DNA of 64,000 bases, from contig CAYSHM010000001.1 of assembly GCA_964430885.1 (NCBI GenBank), positions 128,001 to 192,000 on the forward strand, given 5' to 3'. Both the position numbers and the translations under genes were made by a program. Shown piece after piece: positions 29,801 through 37,973 of this stretch (position 1 is its first letter; each line of letters starts with the position of its first letter). Source of the DNA: an uncultured archaeon. Its GTDB lineage: Archaea > Thermoplasmatota > Penumbrarchaeia > JASLWR01. The notes beneath the pieces were generated by a model, which saw only the letters and a list, made by a program, of their open reading frames with translations, made no database searches and was not told the DNA's origin.

Positions 29801-31724
29801 TTTGAATATCGAAAGATGCATAATCCATCATTCCTTTTGCATCAGTATTATTAATGTCGTGGGATTGCTGCTTGATGGAACGGTTAAGTGCGTCTATTAT
29901 GAAACGAAAAGTGCTGTAGTAGGGCTCTTCATCATCCTGGTAATCCCCGTGTTTTTCAATAAGGCTTTCTTTTACCATATAATACTCATAGGTTCTTTCA
30001 CCTACTCCGCTGTTCCAGTCATCCCGGCATACCATCTTGTAGGTATAGGGTCTTTGGTCATCGCCGCCATTCACACCCGGATCTTCTCCCAGCATCAGAT
30101 ACCTGATGTCAGTAGTATCGTTGGGATCGGATTCCTCATCTCTGATATAGGATTTCACATACCAGCGGTGATTTGTGGAGGTGCTGTCAGCCGCATCACC
30201 GAATAGATAATAACGGCCATCAACGTGGTAAGCATCATTTCCTGATAGGTAATAATTGGGACTTCCGTAACCGGGTGGAGGTGTGGGAACATTGCACAGA
30301 TCGGCTCCTGAAGGCTGGCCAACACCCTCGCCGGCTTGTGCAGGATGCCTATATCTGGCATATATGTCCTTGATTAATGGATTCTCTTCTTCCTGGGTTC
30401 GGATGGATATGATATTCCCATTCTCATCAGAAGTGTCAGTCGCCCCCAGCCATTTTCCAATGACCCCCAACCACTGCCAGATACGGTCACGGCACCATTC
30501 TTCAGTATTATCCTTTTCTTCAATATCTTTCCAACTAATAATTGGTTCCTCCAATACTGGGTCGAAATAAGTATCTCCATCCCAACCGCCGTATTCTCCC
30601 CATTCTGAACCCCAGATTAAGTCCAGTAATTCCCAAATGAACCTATCGCTGAATGAATATGCTGATTGTGCTGCAATCTTTCCTGCATCTATGCTCTCAT
30701 TTTCGAAATCATTGAAAACAGAAATGAGGTCTGCAGGATCAATGGAACCGTTATGAACATACCTTTCCATGAGCCTATCAATGTTGGAGTATTCGTTGGA
30801 ACTATCTCTCTGCAGACTTGCGCTTATTTCATCATAATCCCGGAAATATCTTGTCTGAAACAGCAGTAACGCCAGATTAACGGCCGTCTCAACGTCCTCT
30901 ACCTTGATGATATCGGAAATTCCTCTATTCTCCATTCTTCCTCCGTATCCCCCCCCTCCAAATCCGCAAAGCACACGATACTGTGCCAAGGTTGTGGTCA
31001 TGTATTTTACCATTCTTCCCATGGAGCTCAGTTCCCCATGCCCGTCACATTGAAAAGAAGCTGCTAAATTATTAAGCAGGGGTATGGGAGAATAAACGAT
31101 TTTGTTAAAAGTCCTGGTTTGATTGAACATTTTCAATTCATCGTTATTTTGGATGTTGAAACAAGCCAATCCCGTAATTCTCAGGTATGATGCTCTATAG
31201 GATAGGTCTAGAAGAGGTGCATTATAAGTGTTAAGTTCATTCATGGAAGTATTGTCAATAATGTTTTTTGGTCCTGGGACGGTAATATTGGCAGTTTGCA
31301 GAAAATCTTTCATTTTCATTTGTTCAACAAAAATCCTTACATCCCAATCGATCACATTTATATCGTATATCCCCCGGCTCACCGGATAGTTTTGCTTCAC
31401 AAAAACCTCCATTTTTGATCTGACCAATTCATCAATTTGTTCCAGATTTTTTGTGTCTTCAGATAGAGGAACATCCATCCTTTCACTGAGCACTTCATGC
31501 AATATGTAATAGGCCTTTGTTTCAAGTATCGACGATTCAGTTTCCAATATCCCCAATGTATCGAAAATACTTTCTTTGGCATTATCAATCGCCATTTTTG
31601 AATCATGTTCTATAAGAACGGAAATACTGGCCACGCTAAGCATTAAAATAACGACCCCTACCAAAGCAAAAGGGACCCTTCCCTTCCTATTTTCTTCTAA
31701 ACGCGACCTCAATTGACACACCAT
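26898..31724 (-). CDS. Very large (1608 aa) protein with class III (pilin-like) signal peptide
   Basis: N-terminus RKG|RVPFALVGVVILMLSVASI: basic residues, Gly at -1, then a hydrophobic helix. Acidic, aromatic-rich body. Confidence 0.75.
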   Translation of the reverse strand: MVCQLRSRLEENRKGRVPFALVGVVILMLSVASISVLIEHDSKMAIDNAKESIFDTLGILETESSILETKAYYILHEVLSERMDVPLSEDTKNLEQIDELVRSKMEVFVKQNYPVSRGIYDINVIDWDVRIFVEQMKMKDFLQTANITVPGPKNIIDNTSMNELNTYNAPLLDLSYRASYLRITGLACFNIQNNDELKMFNQTRTFNKIVYSPIPLLNNLAASFQCDGHGELSSMGRMVKYMTTTLAQYRVLCGFGGGGYGGRMENRGISDIIKVEDVETAVNLALLLFQTRYFRDYDEISASLQRDSSNEYSNIDRLMERYVHNGSIDPADLISVFNDFENESIDAGKIAAQSAYSFSDRFIWELLDLIWGSEWGEYGGWDGDTYFDPVLEEPIISWKDIEEKDNTEEWCRDRIWQWLGVIGKWLGATDTSDENGNIISIRTQEEENPLIKDIYARYRHPAQAGEGVGQPSGADLCNVPTPPPGYGSPNYYLSGNDAYHVDGRYYLFGDAADSTSTNHRWYVKSYIRDEESDPNDTTDIRYLMLGEDPGVNGGDDQRPYTYKMVCRDDWNSGVGERTYEYYMVKESLIEKHGDYQDDEEPYYSTFRFIIDALNRSIKQQSHDINNTDAKGMMDYASFDIQNEIGVIDNIFQIDPEDEKRLLEHQAYRAFGAEGDDVFEELLRIEDFAEQEMENWFQEGAFINHTDDPDSTGEYFLFDIIRESVDLWYETIVNIYDGGYRDFDEDGASIYDENDGPDHWPNFNGALNSDLPILQYQSSQKENDGGSNELAGSFKYRNDALRDCYNRVMQIVQSRDDSFEFNFNNWEDLGSQHWQWSAKGVCGEAGILYGWVYAGSGTVAVPLQDQNQIPRECFDGTGTFEDLTPYDDGWKETGETYPEGIWDIIKIGNSERTNLANNDGEDGIYPAISNIVGSDNWPKTTNYGILDDVKYDNLNNVETTTDEGKYGATGQNYDFQCDFYEFVKERFGMIYLDDDGLWEKLTKNDGWIMEIISDITLKEINENLDLFNMPIASVSSYHRPWNMWDGNYSDEKKNGSIHSEKFVVDQIPDVLENNKESLIIKISQPEFGRHMIDVQNIEYGMYKECFSTSWKLNLSGNVSFKIRNSIPSLVTIYGHKYFWYNFSMDFDLDTPIVVYSGWNLESAWKSNDIKYKMTRHYFDKHLNDTPEEPFFISREWSDTIHGFNDIQDWIRDTNTLVHYYSPLCINNGGDVRSKIIANLTNCMNNLIDPSDENEGLLEKANDDNDFMGNISDNTQMLKEKMVRYSFEYYGYSSEYYPNEVRFRMINGNISSEKGGSGMIFEMSMEDDIQVKGKIRSNLTTSLSFDMSTLNSGSYKYDGSISLDNNILEGRKYNFSIQTNSIKREYSSEDMTIEHFPIENLGIESKVKIGILSSATIPEKLQEAIKNSKIHFINECRNETLLKQSEEHIHYFLGELYNNHRVHFKDADLLGLYVNLTYIQEGVENFINKTYGLNLSNTYDEEADLFIKQYIRHLINNTDNILQEIGDTHINPVILSSIPESIADRYNEYIYRNIGPYPYYWFGTISDIADSSPFIGSQFNFGNKYFKGGRIIRGSSDELYNIQFSWNMGT

Positions 31725-31905
31725 TTCCTGTAATAATGGATTTTTTTCCGTTTCAACAATAAATCAAGCAGTTTGGATATTGATATTTTCTTTTTATATA
31801 GTTTTAAGGTAAACATTCCCATATAAATAATTTTTACTTTTACTCAACTCCTTCTCCCACTCGAGTTCATATATATTGACATATCATATAGAATTGTTTG
31901 ATTGA

Positions 31906-32964
31906 TTGACCCTGCAAGGAATGATGTATATGGCGAGAAAAGTATGTTACGGCAATCCCTTTGATTCAGTTGATGCATATTCTTATTGGAATGAGAAGAT
32001 GAATGTTAAAGTGAATATGCATAGAGTCTTACATGATTATTTCATAAATGCGGATTCGGCCCCAATCAGGACAATAATAATTGGGGAAAAAGGTTCAGGA
32101 AAAACTCATAGTCTAAGATATATCAAATCTACCAACCAGGGAAAACTCCAATCAAATAGATATAATTTGATTCATATAAAAGAGAAGGGATATTGGGATG
32201 AGCAGAACCTTATAAATTTCATCTCCTCTTCCCGCCAAACAGGCGATTATAGATCTCAGCAAGAAAGAAATGTTGTATTATTGATCGATTATCCCAAAAG
32301 ATTTGTATCCCGTGACCTGAAGATTTCAATGGATGCACTCATCGATTTAGCTTACAGGAGTAAATTTTCTATTTTTCTCTTCCTAAATTATGATCATTAT
32401 AATATAATAAATGACAATCCCAATCTAATACTGTATCAATTCAATATGAATTTTTTAGCCCCCCTCACTTTGAAAGAGTTGAGCACCTTACTGATCAAAA
32501 GGATATGGCAATTTAATCAGGAAAGAAGTTTTAATTCCGTCAGAACTGAACCAATCTTTTTTTCCGGGGAAGTTGTGGATTTTGTTCACAATTTATCTGG
32601 GGGCAATCCCCGATTGGCCCTTTTATCTGCCTCCACCCTTCATTGTATGGCCCTTGAGATCGGTAAAACCTACGTTGATCAAGAGGTATTAAGCAGTTCA
32701 ATGAACGGGCAAATCACATTAACAGGAAAAAAAGGATGTATATTACGACCAGGCTTTAATGATCTGATTAAATTAATTATTGGAGGCAATGATAACCGGT
32801 CAATGATGGAACATAGAATATTGACCTTGATGAAAGATGGATTCGGATGGGATTTCTCCATTACCTTGCATCGTCTTAAAAAACTTATAAAAATGGGTCT
32901 GCTGAATTCTATTGTCAGTCCCGAGGAAGGATGGTTTCGGAGATATGGTGTAACGATTGAATAG
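31906..32964 (+). CDS. P-loop AAA-like ATPase with probable C-terminal winged helix
   Basis: IIIGEKGSGKT Walker A, SGGNPR sensor-like motif, degenerate Walker B (LLIDYP). Confidence 0.7.
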   Translation: MTLQGMMYMARKVCYGNPFDSVDAYSYWNEKMNVKVNMHRVLHDYFINADSAPIRTIIIGEKGSGKTHSLRYIKSTNQGKLQSNRYNLIHIKEKGYWDEQNLINFISSSRQTGDYRSQQERNVVLLIDYPKRFVSRDLKISMDALIDLAYRSKFSIFLFLNYDHYNIINDNPNLILYQFNMNFLAPLTLKELSTLLIKRIWQFNQERSFNSVRTEPIFFSGEVVDFVHNLSGGNPRLALLSASTLHCMALEIGKTYVDQEVLSSSMNGQITLTGKKGCILRPGFNDLIKLIIGGNDNRSMMEHRILTLMKDGFGWDFSITLHRLKKLIKMGLLNSIVSPEEGWFRRYGVTIE

Positions 32965-33173
32965 TCCCTTTCTTTCCAAATACTTGATAATTATAATTCA
33001 GATATTTTTCATTTCAATGTAACATTGTTTTAATTTCTAATGCCGCAAAATAAAAATAGGGGTATTATGAATAGTAATTATTCTTATATATAGTATAATT
33101 GACTACCAGTAATCTACCAATAACAGCTGTTTTATTGGTGAATTAAAAATTAGATTAAAAGCGGTGAAAACCT

Positions 33174-36100
33174 ATGTTTGGAGAAATTGTTCGTTTATTT
33201 TCAAGGAATAAAAATTTCCTTCTTCTTCTTATCTTACTTAATTTATTATTATCCATGTCACTATTCTACTACCCTGGCAAATCGAACCGATCGCCTTCTT
33301 CTTCTTCCGAATTAATCATTCACGAGAGCATTGACGTTAACATTCATAGGTCAATGGAGGATCACCTATGGCCCATGTTTCTTCGAGATAAGTTCCACAC
33401 CTCAAATCAAGAGATAAATACTAAAGGAATAACCGAACCGCGAATAAAGTGGGACAATCAGGAGAATCAGATTTCTCTTTCCACAGTTGCGGGAGATTTT
33501 CAGGGAAATGTAGTTGGAGATTCCCTTGAAGGATTGAATTTTTTGGTCTATGTTGTATCCAATATAACATCCAATTATGTCCAAATAGTTGAACCCGTGA
33601 CCGGGGAACAGACGTGGGTTATTGATGTTGAGGACCTTAACCAGACGACTGTAGGGGATAGAATTGCAGCTTCTCCCGCAGTGGCAGATTTCGATAAGGA
33701 CGGTAAGACCGATATAGCTTTCATTACCGATAATGATTTAACGGACACTGGAACCCTGTATGTTTTTGAGCCAATCATTGAATTTCACAATTCGAGTTTT
33801 AGTTGGGATGTTAATAATACAATAAATGAAAGGATTATGGAATATTCCCATCAGGGTGATACATTAGAGGCCTCAATAACCCTTTCCGACTTCAATAATG
33901 ACGGAAGGGAGGATATTGCGGCCATAATGGGTTTGGAGCTAGTTGTATTTGATGTATATGGAGATTCCCTGATATTTGAATATGATAAAGCTCTGGGCAA
34001 TATGGCAAGTGCACCTGTAATATACGCCATGTCAAACGGAGATTCAAGATGTGTTTTCACAACTCTTGATGGGGATGACCTCAACATATACATGGTTACA
34101 CATCAAGGAGATACAGCATGGAACCATACCATAGAGCTTTCATCTGTTCCAAATCTGCCTGTATCACTTCTTCCTTCACCATCTGTCGGAGAGATATCCC
34201 TTACTCAGGAGGGTAAAGAGATAGTAATTCTGAGCCCATTTGAATCGGGCAACGGAAATATGAGGATTTTCTCAAAAACAGGTGACGAAATATGGCAGAC
34301 TCCTACAACCGTAACAGGTCAGTTCGATGCTAGCCCCTGTTTGGCGGATATAGACGGGGATTCACTTATGGAGATAGGTGTAGTATCCTGGAGGAGTGTT
34401 GGAATCCCGCTTCATCTAGAGACAAACTTATATCTGATTGATGATACGGGAGATATTATATGGAGGATAATTGAGAATGAAAGCCTTCCTTCAGACCCAT
34501 CCATCATTTCACCGTCCTTTTGTCTAATCAACCAGGATCAAATCCCTGACCTGACTTTCATGACATCACGAAGAGTTATAGCGGTGGATTGTGTTAGTGG
34601 TAATCGAATGTGGGAAATATCATCACCAGGAAATAGGATTACTTCATCGCCAGCAATTGGAGATTTTGACAGAGATGATTTCTTAGATATAACGACGAAT
34701 GGATTTACAGTTTCAAACGCAATAATTGACCTTACCGTGAATGCCGAAGATATCACGATAGATAGCAATGTCATATACGATGGTGTAGAAACACCAGTTT
34801 CGGTTATGGTACGCAATCTTGGGAAACATGCTGCGGATTCCGTTTCAGTATATCTTTACGAAAATACAACATCCATGGATAATGTTACCTTAGGATCTAT
34901 CCCAGGTGATGACAGCAGGGAGGTCGAACTCGATTGGATACCCACGGGTCCCGGCCTTAAAGATATTACAGTATTCATTGATTTCAACGATACAATTCAG
35001 GAAACCGACGAAGAGAACAACAAGGCCAGCCTTTTCCTTGATATTGAGCAGGCTCTGCCAGATGTTGTAATCAGAAAAGTAGATCTAATAAGAGCGGACA
35101 AAGTGATTGTTGATAATAATAACACTCATATTATTGAGGATGAATCATCTCTAATCAATATTACTGTTGAGAATATGGGATTGAAAGATTTGGATATTTG
35201 CCCTGTTCTTATCAAGATAAATGATGATGATATATTCAATGGCAATATCAATAATATAACCACTGGTCAAGAACATTATTTTGAGGTAATACACAGTTTC
35301 GATGATGGCAATTTCATATTAAATATATCTTTGGATAATCAAAATGATATAATGGAATTCAATGATAGTAATAATTACTACAATAATGAGATCAATGTGC
35401 TGGATAACGACGCTTCCGGGAGATCATATCTTGTTGAAGGCTTTACCTATAATGGAGATTTCCAGGAAATCCCGGATGTGAAAGTGGAGCTGATTAATCC
35501 TATAACCCTTGAGAAGATATGGGATTATTCAGACAATGAAGGATATTACTCTCTGAATCTAGCAAATCTCTCACTGGGATATGTGGAAGGCCAAGAGATT
35601 ATAATTACTGCACGATATCAGAATGAAGGGTATGAGTCAGTAATTTATCCCTACTCGGAGGACGGTGGAATATTAAAGAATATACTCTTGGTAAAGAAAA
35701 CCGGGCCCTTTGATATCATAATATCGGGGAATAATACAAGGGAAGTGAATTCTGGCTCAAATATGACCTTTATTTTTCAAGTAGTTAATGAGGCCGAAGA
35801 AGAGATTCAGGTTTCTTTGATCGTCAATGGATTGGTGAATATCAATACTAATGAGGATTTGAATTGGTTTTATGAATTAAGTATGGATAGTATATCTTTG
35901 GATATTGGAGAATCGGATGAATTAAGCCTATTGATTTCTGTACCGAAGGACACATTTTTGGATGTCAGGGCCCAGATCGAAATATTGATATCACATAGTT
36001 CAACCAGCTACAACAGAAGTGAGTTTTTTTATGTCATACCAATTCACCCTGATTTCGACATATTACAGGAGGAACAGGACATATCAGCGGAAAAAATATC

Positions 36101-37610
36101 AGATAATGAATATGGCGGAGAACTGAATTTCACACTAAAAAATAATGGTCATTCTGAAGAGGACTATCAGTTGAAAGTAAATTATTCGGCTGAAAATATT
36201 CATTCAGTATTCCCAGAACTTGTCTCCGTGGAAGGCCAATTCGCGAGAAAGATTACAGTCATGATTTCTACCGATGATCTGGGGAATTTTCCTCTATATA
36301 TTAATATAACAGTAAGATCGCAAAAAACGGGCCTTTCCAAACACCTTTTATGTTCGATTGTTTACGGTGAATCAGTGTTGTCCATTTCTAATAATGATGT
36401 CACTTTTTCACCAGTCCGACCACAGCTGAATAAGCAATTTTCAATAAGATGTAAAATATTCAATAACGGAACTGCTGATTCAAAGGGATTTCCAGTTGTA
36501 TTATATGATGATGTCAATGGTTCTAGAATTCTATTGAGTACTGAGAATGTATCCAATCTTATTGCAGGTTCGTATGTATTGATAAGTTTTTCCTTGACCC
36601 TTGACGAATATGGTCTCTATTCTTTCTTTATCGAGGCCGATCCTGATAATATAGTGCAAGGCAATCATATCAACAAGGTCATCAAAAAGGACCTGGATTT
36701 ACGGCCTGACATTGTGATTTATTCAATGTCTTTGGTTCCTTTCAAAGGTAATTCAAATAATCTCTCCGAGGTCAACTCAAAGATGACACCTTATCTAAAA
36801 GTCAATTTAGGTAATCCTACTACTGTGGATTTAGTTCAGGATATCGATATCCTGATAAAAATGTCAGATCAGAACCTGAGCATTAGAGATGTTCATGTTG
36901 GCTTATATATTATCTCTGAGGAGATAGGGGCGGGAGAGAATAGCACAATATATATCTTGATTGATTTAACTGGATTTTCAGATTCAGAAGGTGATTTGCT
37001 ACTTTCTCTAGCAATAGATATAAATGGCAATGTGACTGAAATTGATGAGACTAATAATGATTATAAACAGAAGGTGAAGATCGGCAGAACCGGTACCGAT
37101 ACCGCATCATTAGAGTACAAATTAAAGGATGATGATATCTTGATAGCAGTGGGATTTATTGTACTGTTTGTAGTTATTTTACTTATTATACGCCGAACCA
37201 AGGAGAGAAAAGGAAAAAAGAGTGGCAGTAAAAAAGTGAAGCTCAGCAGTGAATCATCCGAGATGAAAACCTCAAAAATCAGCCGCTCGAAGGTGAAAAC
37301 AGATATAATTGCAAAACCAAGGGATGAAATCGCAGGCACCGAAATTGTTATTGAGGCCAATGAAGTACAGGATGTGAAGAATCATGCTAAAGTAGATCAC
37401 ACTATTGGTGATATATCGATGTCAAAATCAAAGAATCATGATATTTACGGACAAGATAATTTGGACCTCTTTGATGAGTTTTCCGATATGTTGGATGTGG
37501 ACTTTGACTATGATGATTTATCATCCAATCAATATGAAATAAGTCATGCGGAATCGCAGGGAGATTTTATAAATAATCTTCGTAATGAAATTAAAAAAAT
37601 GAAGTATTAA
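33174..37610 (+). CDS. Large surface protein: FG-GAP/PQQ-like propeller, multiple CARDB domains and a TM anchor
   Basis: WPMFLRDKFHT; SPAVADFDKDG repeats; IQETDEENNKA and VTEIDETNN CARDB motifs; TM helix near residue 1325. Confidence 0.85.
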   Translation: MFGEIVRLFSRNKNFLLLLILLNLLLSMSLFYYPGKSNRSPSSSSELIIHESIDVNIHRSMEDHLWPMFLRDKFHTSNQEINTKGITEPRIKWDNQENQISLSTVAGDFQGNVVGDSLEGLNFLVYVVSNITSNYVQIVEPVTGEQTWVIDVEDLNQTTVGDRIAASPAVADFDKDGKTDIAFITDNDLTDTGTLYVFEPIIEFHNSSFSWDVNNTINERIMEYSHQGDTLEASITLSDFNNDGREDIAAIMGLELVVFDVYGDSLIFEYDKALGNMASAPVIYAMSNGDSRCVFTTLDGDDLNIYMVTHQGDTAWNHTIELSSVPNLPVSLLPSPSVGEISLTQEGKEIVILSPFESGNGNMRIFSKTGDEIWQTPTTVTGQFDASPCLADIDGDSLMEIGVVSWRSVGIPLHLETNLYLIDDTGDIIWRIIENESLPSDPSIISPSFCLINQDQIPDLTFMTSRRVIAVDCVSGNRMWEISSPGNRITSSPAIGDFDRDDFLDITTNGFTVSNAIIDLTVNAEDITIDSNVIYDGVETPVSVMVRNLGKHAADSVSVYLYENTTSMDNVTLGSIPGDDSREVELDWIPTGPGLKDITVFIDFNDTIQETDEENNKASLFLDIEQALPDVVIRKVDLIRADKVIVDNNNTHIIEDESSLINITVENMGLKDLDICPVLIKINDDDIFNGNINNITTGQEHYFEVIHSFDDGNFILNISLDNQNDIMEFNDSNNYYNNEINVLDNDASGRSYLVEGFTYNGDFQEIPDVKVELINPITLEKIWDYSDNEGYYSLNLANLSLGYVEGQEIIITARYQNEGYESVIYPYSEDGGILKNILLVKKTGPFDIIISGNNTREVNSGSNMTFIFQVVNEAEEEIQVSLIVNGLVNINTNEDLNWFYELSMDSISLDIGESDELSLLISVPKDTFLDVRAQIEILISHSSTSYNRSEFFYVIPIHPDFDILQEEQDISAEKISDNEYGGELNFTLKNNGHSEEDYQLKVNYSAENIHSVFPELVSVEGQFARKITVMISTDDLGNFPLYINITVRSQKTGLSKHLLCSIVYGESVLSISNNDVTFSPVRPQLNKQFSIRCKIFNNGTADSKGFPVVLYDDVNGSRILLSTENVSNLIAGSYVLISFSLTLDEYGLYSFFIEADPDNIVQGNHINKVIKKDLDLRPDIVIYSMSLVPFKGNSNNLSEVNSKMTPYLKVNLGNPTTVDLVQDIDILIKMSDQNLSIRDVHVGLYIISEEIGAGENSTIYILIDLTGFSDSEGDLLLSLAIDINGNVTEIDETNNDYKQKVKIGRTGTDTASLEYKLKDDDILIAVGFIVLFVVILLIIRRTKERKGKKSGSKKVKLSSESSEMKTSKISRSKVKTDIIAKPRDEIAGTEIVIEANEVQDVKNHAKVDHTIGDISMSKSKNHDIYGQDNLDLFDEFSDMLDVDFDYDDLSSNQYEISHAESQGDFINNLRNEIKKMKY

Positions 37611-37690
37611 AAATAATTTTTTACAATTAATGAAGTTATATTCGGAATGAGGCCGATTAATTTTATTAAAGCCAATCGGGAATTAATTGA

Positions 37691-37708
37691 GCGGAACGTT
37701 TATAAATA
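37691..37708 (+). promoter_or_regulatory. Archaeal BRE-TATA promoter upstream of the ncRNA candidate
   Basis: GCGGAACG followed by TTTATAAATA (37699-37708), centred about 25 nt upstream of G37728. Confidence 0.6.
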
Positions 37709-37727
37709 TTAAATGCCTTATAAAATA

Positions 37728-37845
37728 GAGGACAGGGCCAAGGATATTTTTATTATCCCTTGCCTTCTTGTGTTCATTTACCGAACCCAGTAAATAACAC
37801 ATAAAACCCCCTCCCTCTGGCGAACTGGTCCTGTCCTGATTTTTG
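37728..37845 (+). ncRNA. Candidate structured small RNA of about 110 nt
   Basis: 12-bp terminal stem 37729-37740/37826-37837, internal hairpins, C-rich single strand, T tract after the stem and a TATA box upstream. Confidence 0.6.
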
Positions 37846-37973
37846 TTATTGTCTAGCTCCAGCAGTAAAATTTCTACAGATAATTAAATAAATTTGAATC
37901 CGACAACTAGAGCTGAATATATATATATATTATATATAAAAAAGAATTGGAGATAGGTATAGATCAACTGAAC

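Noticed and set aside
37728-37845. 5S rRNA, tRNA or SRP RNA identity for the structured element
   Set aside because: It lacks a cloverleaf and T-loop, the 5S helix layout, and the SRP length and motifs; kept as an unknown ncRNA candidate.
37916-37938. (AT)n microsatellite
   Set aside because: Short low-complexity tract in an AT-rich convergent intergenic region; no evidence of function.
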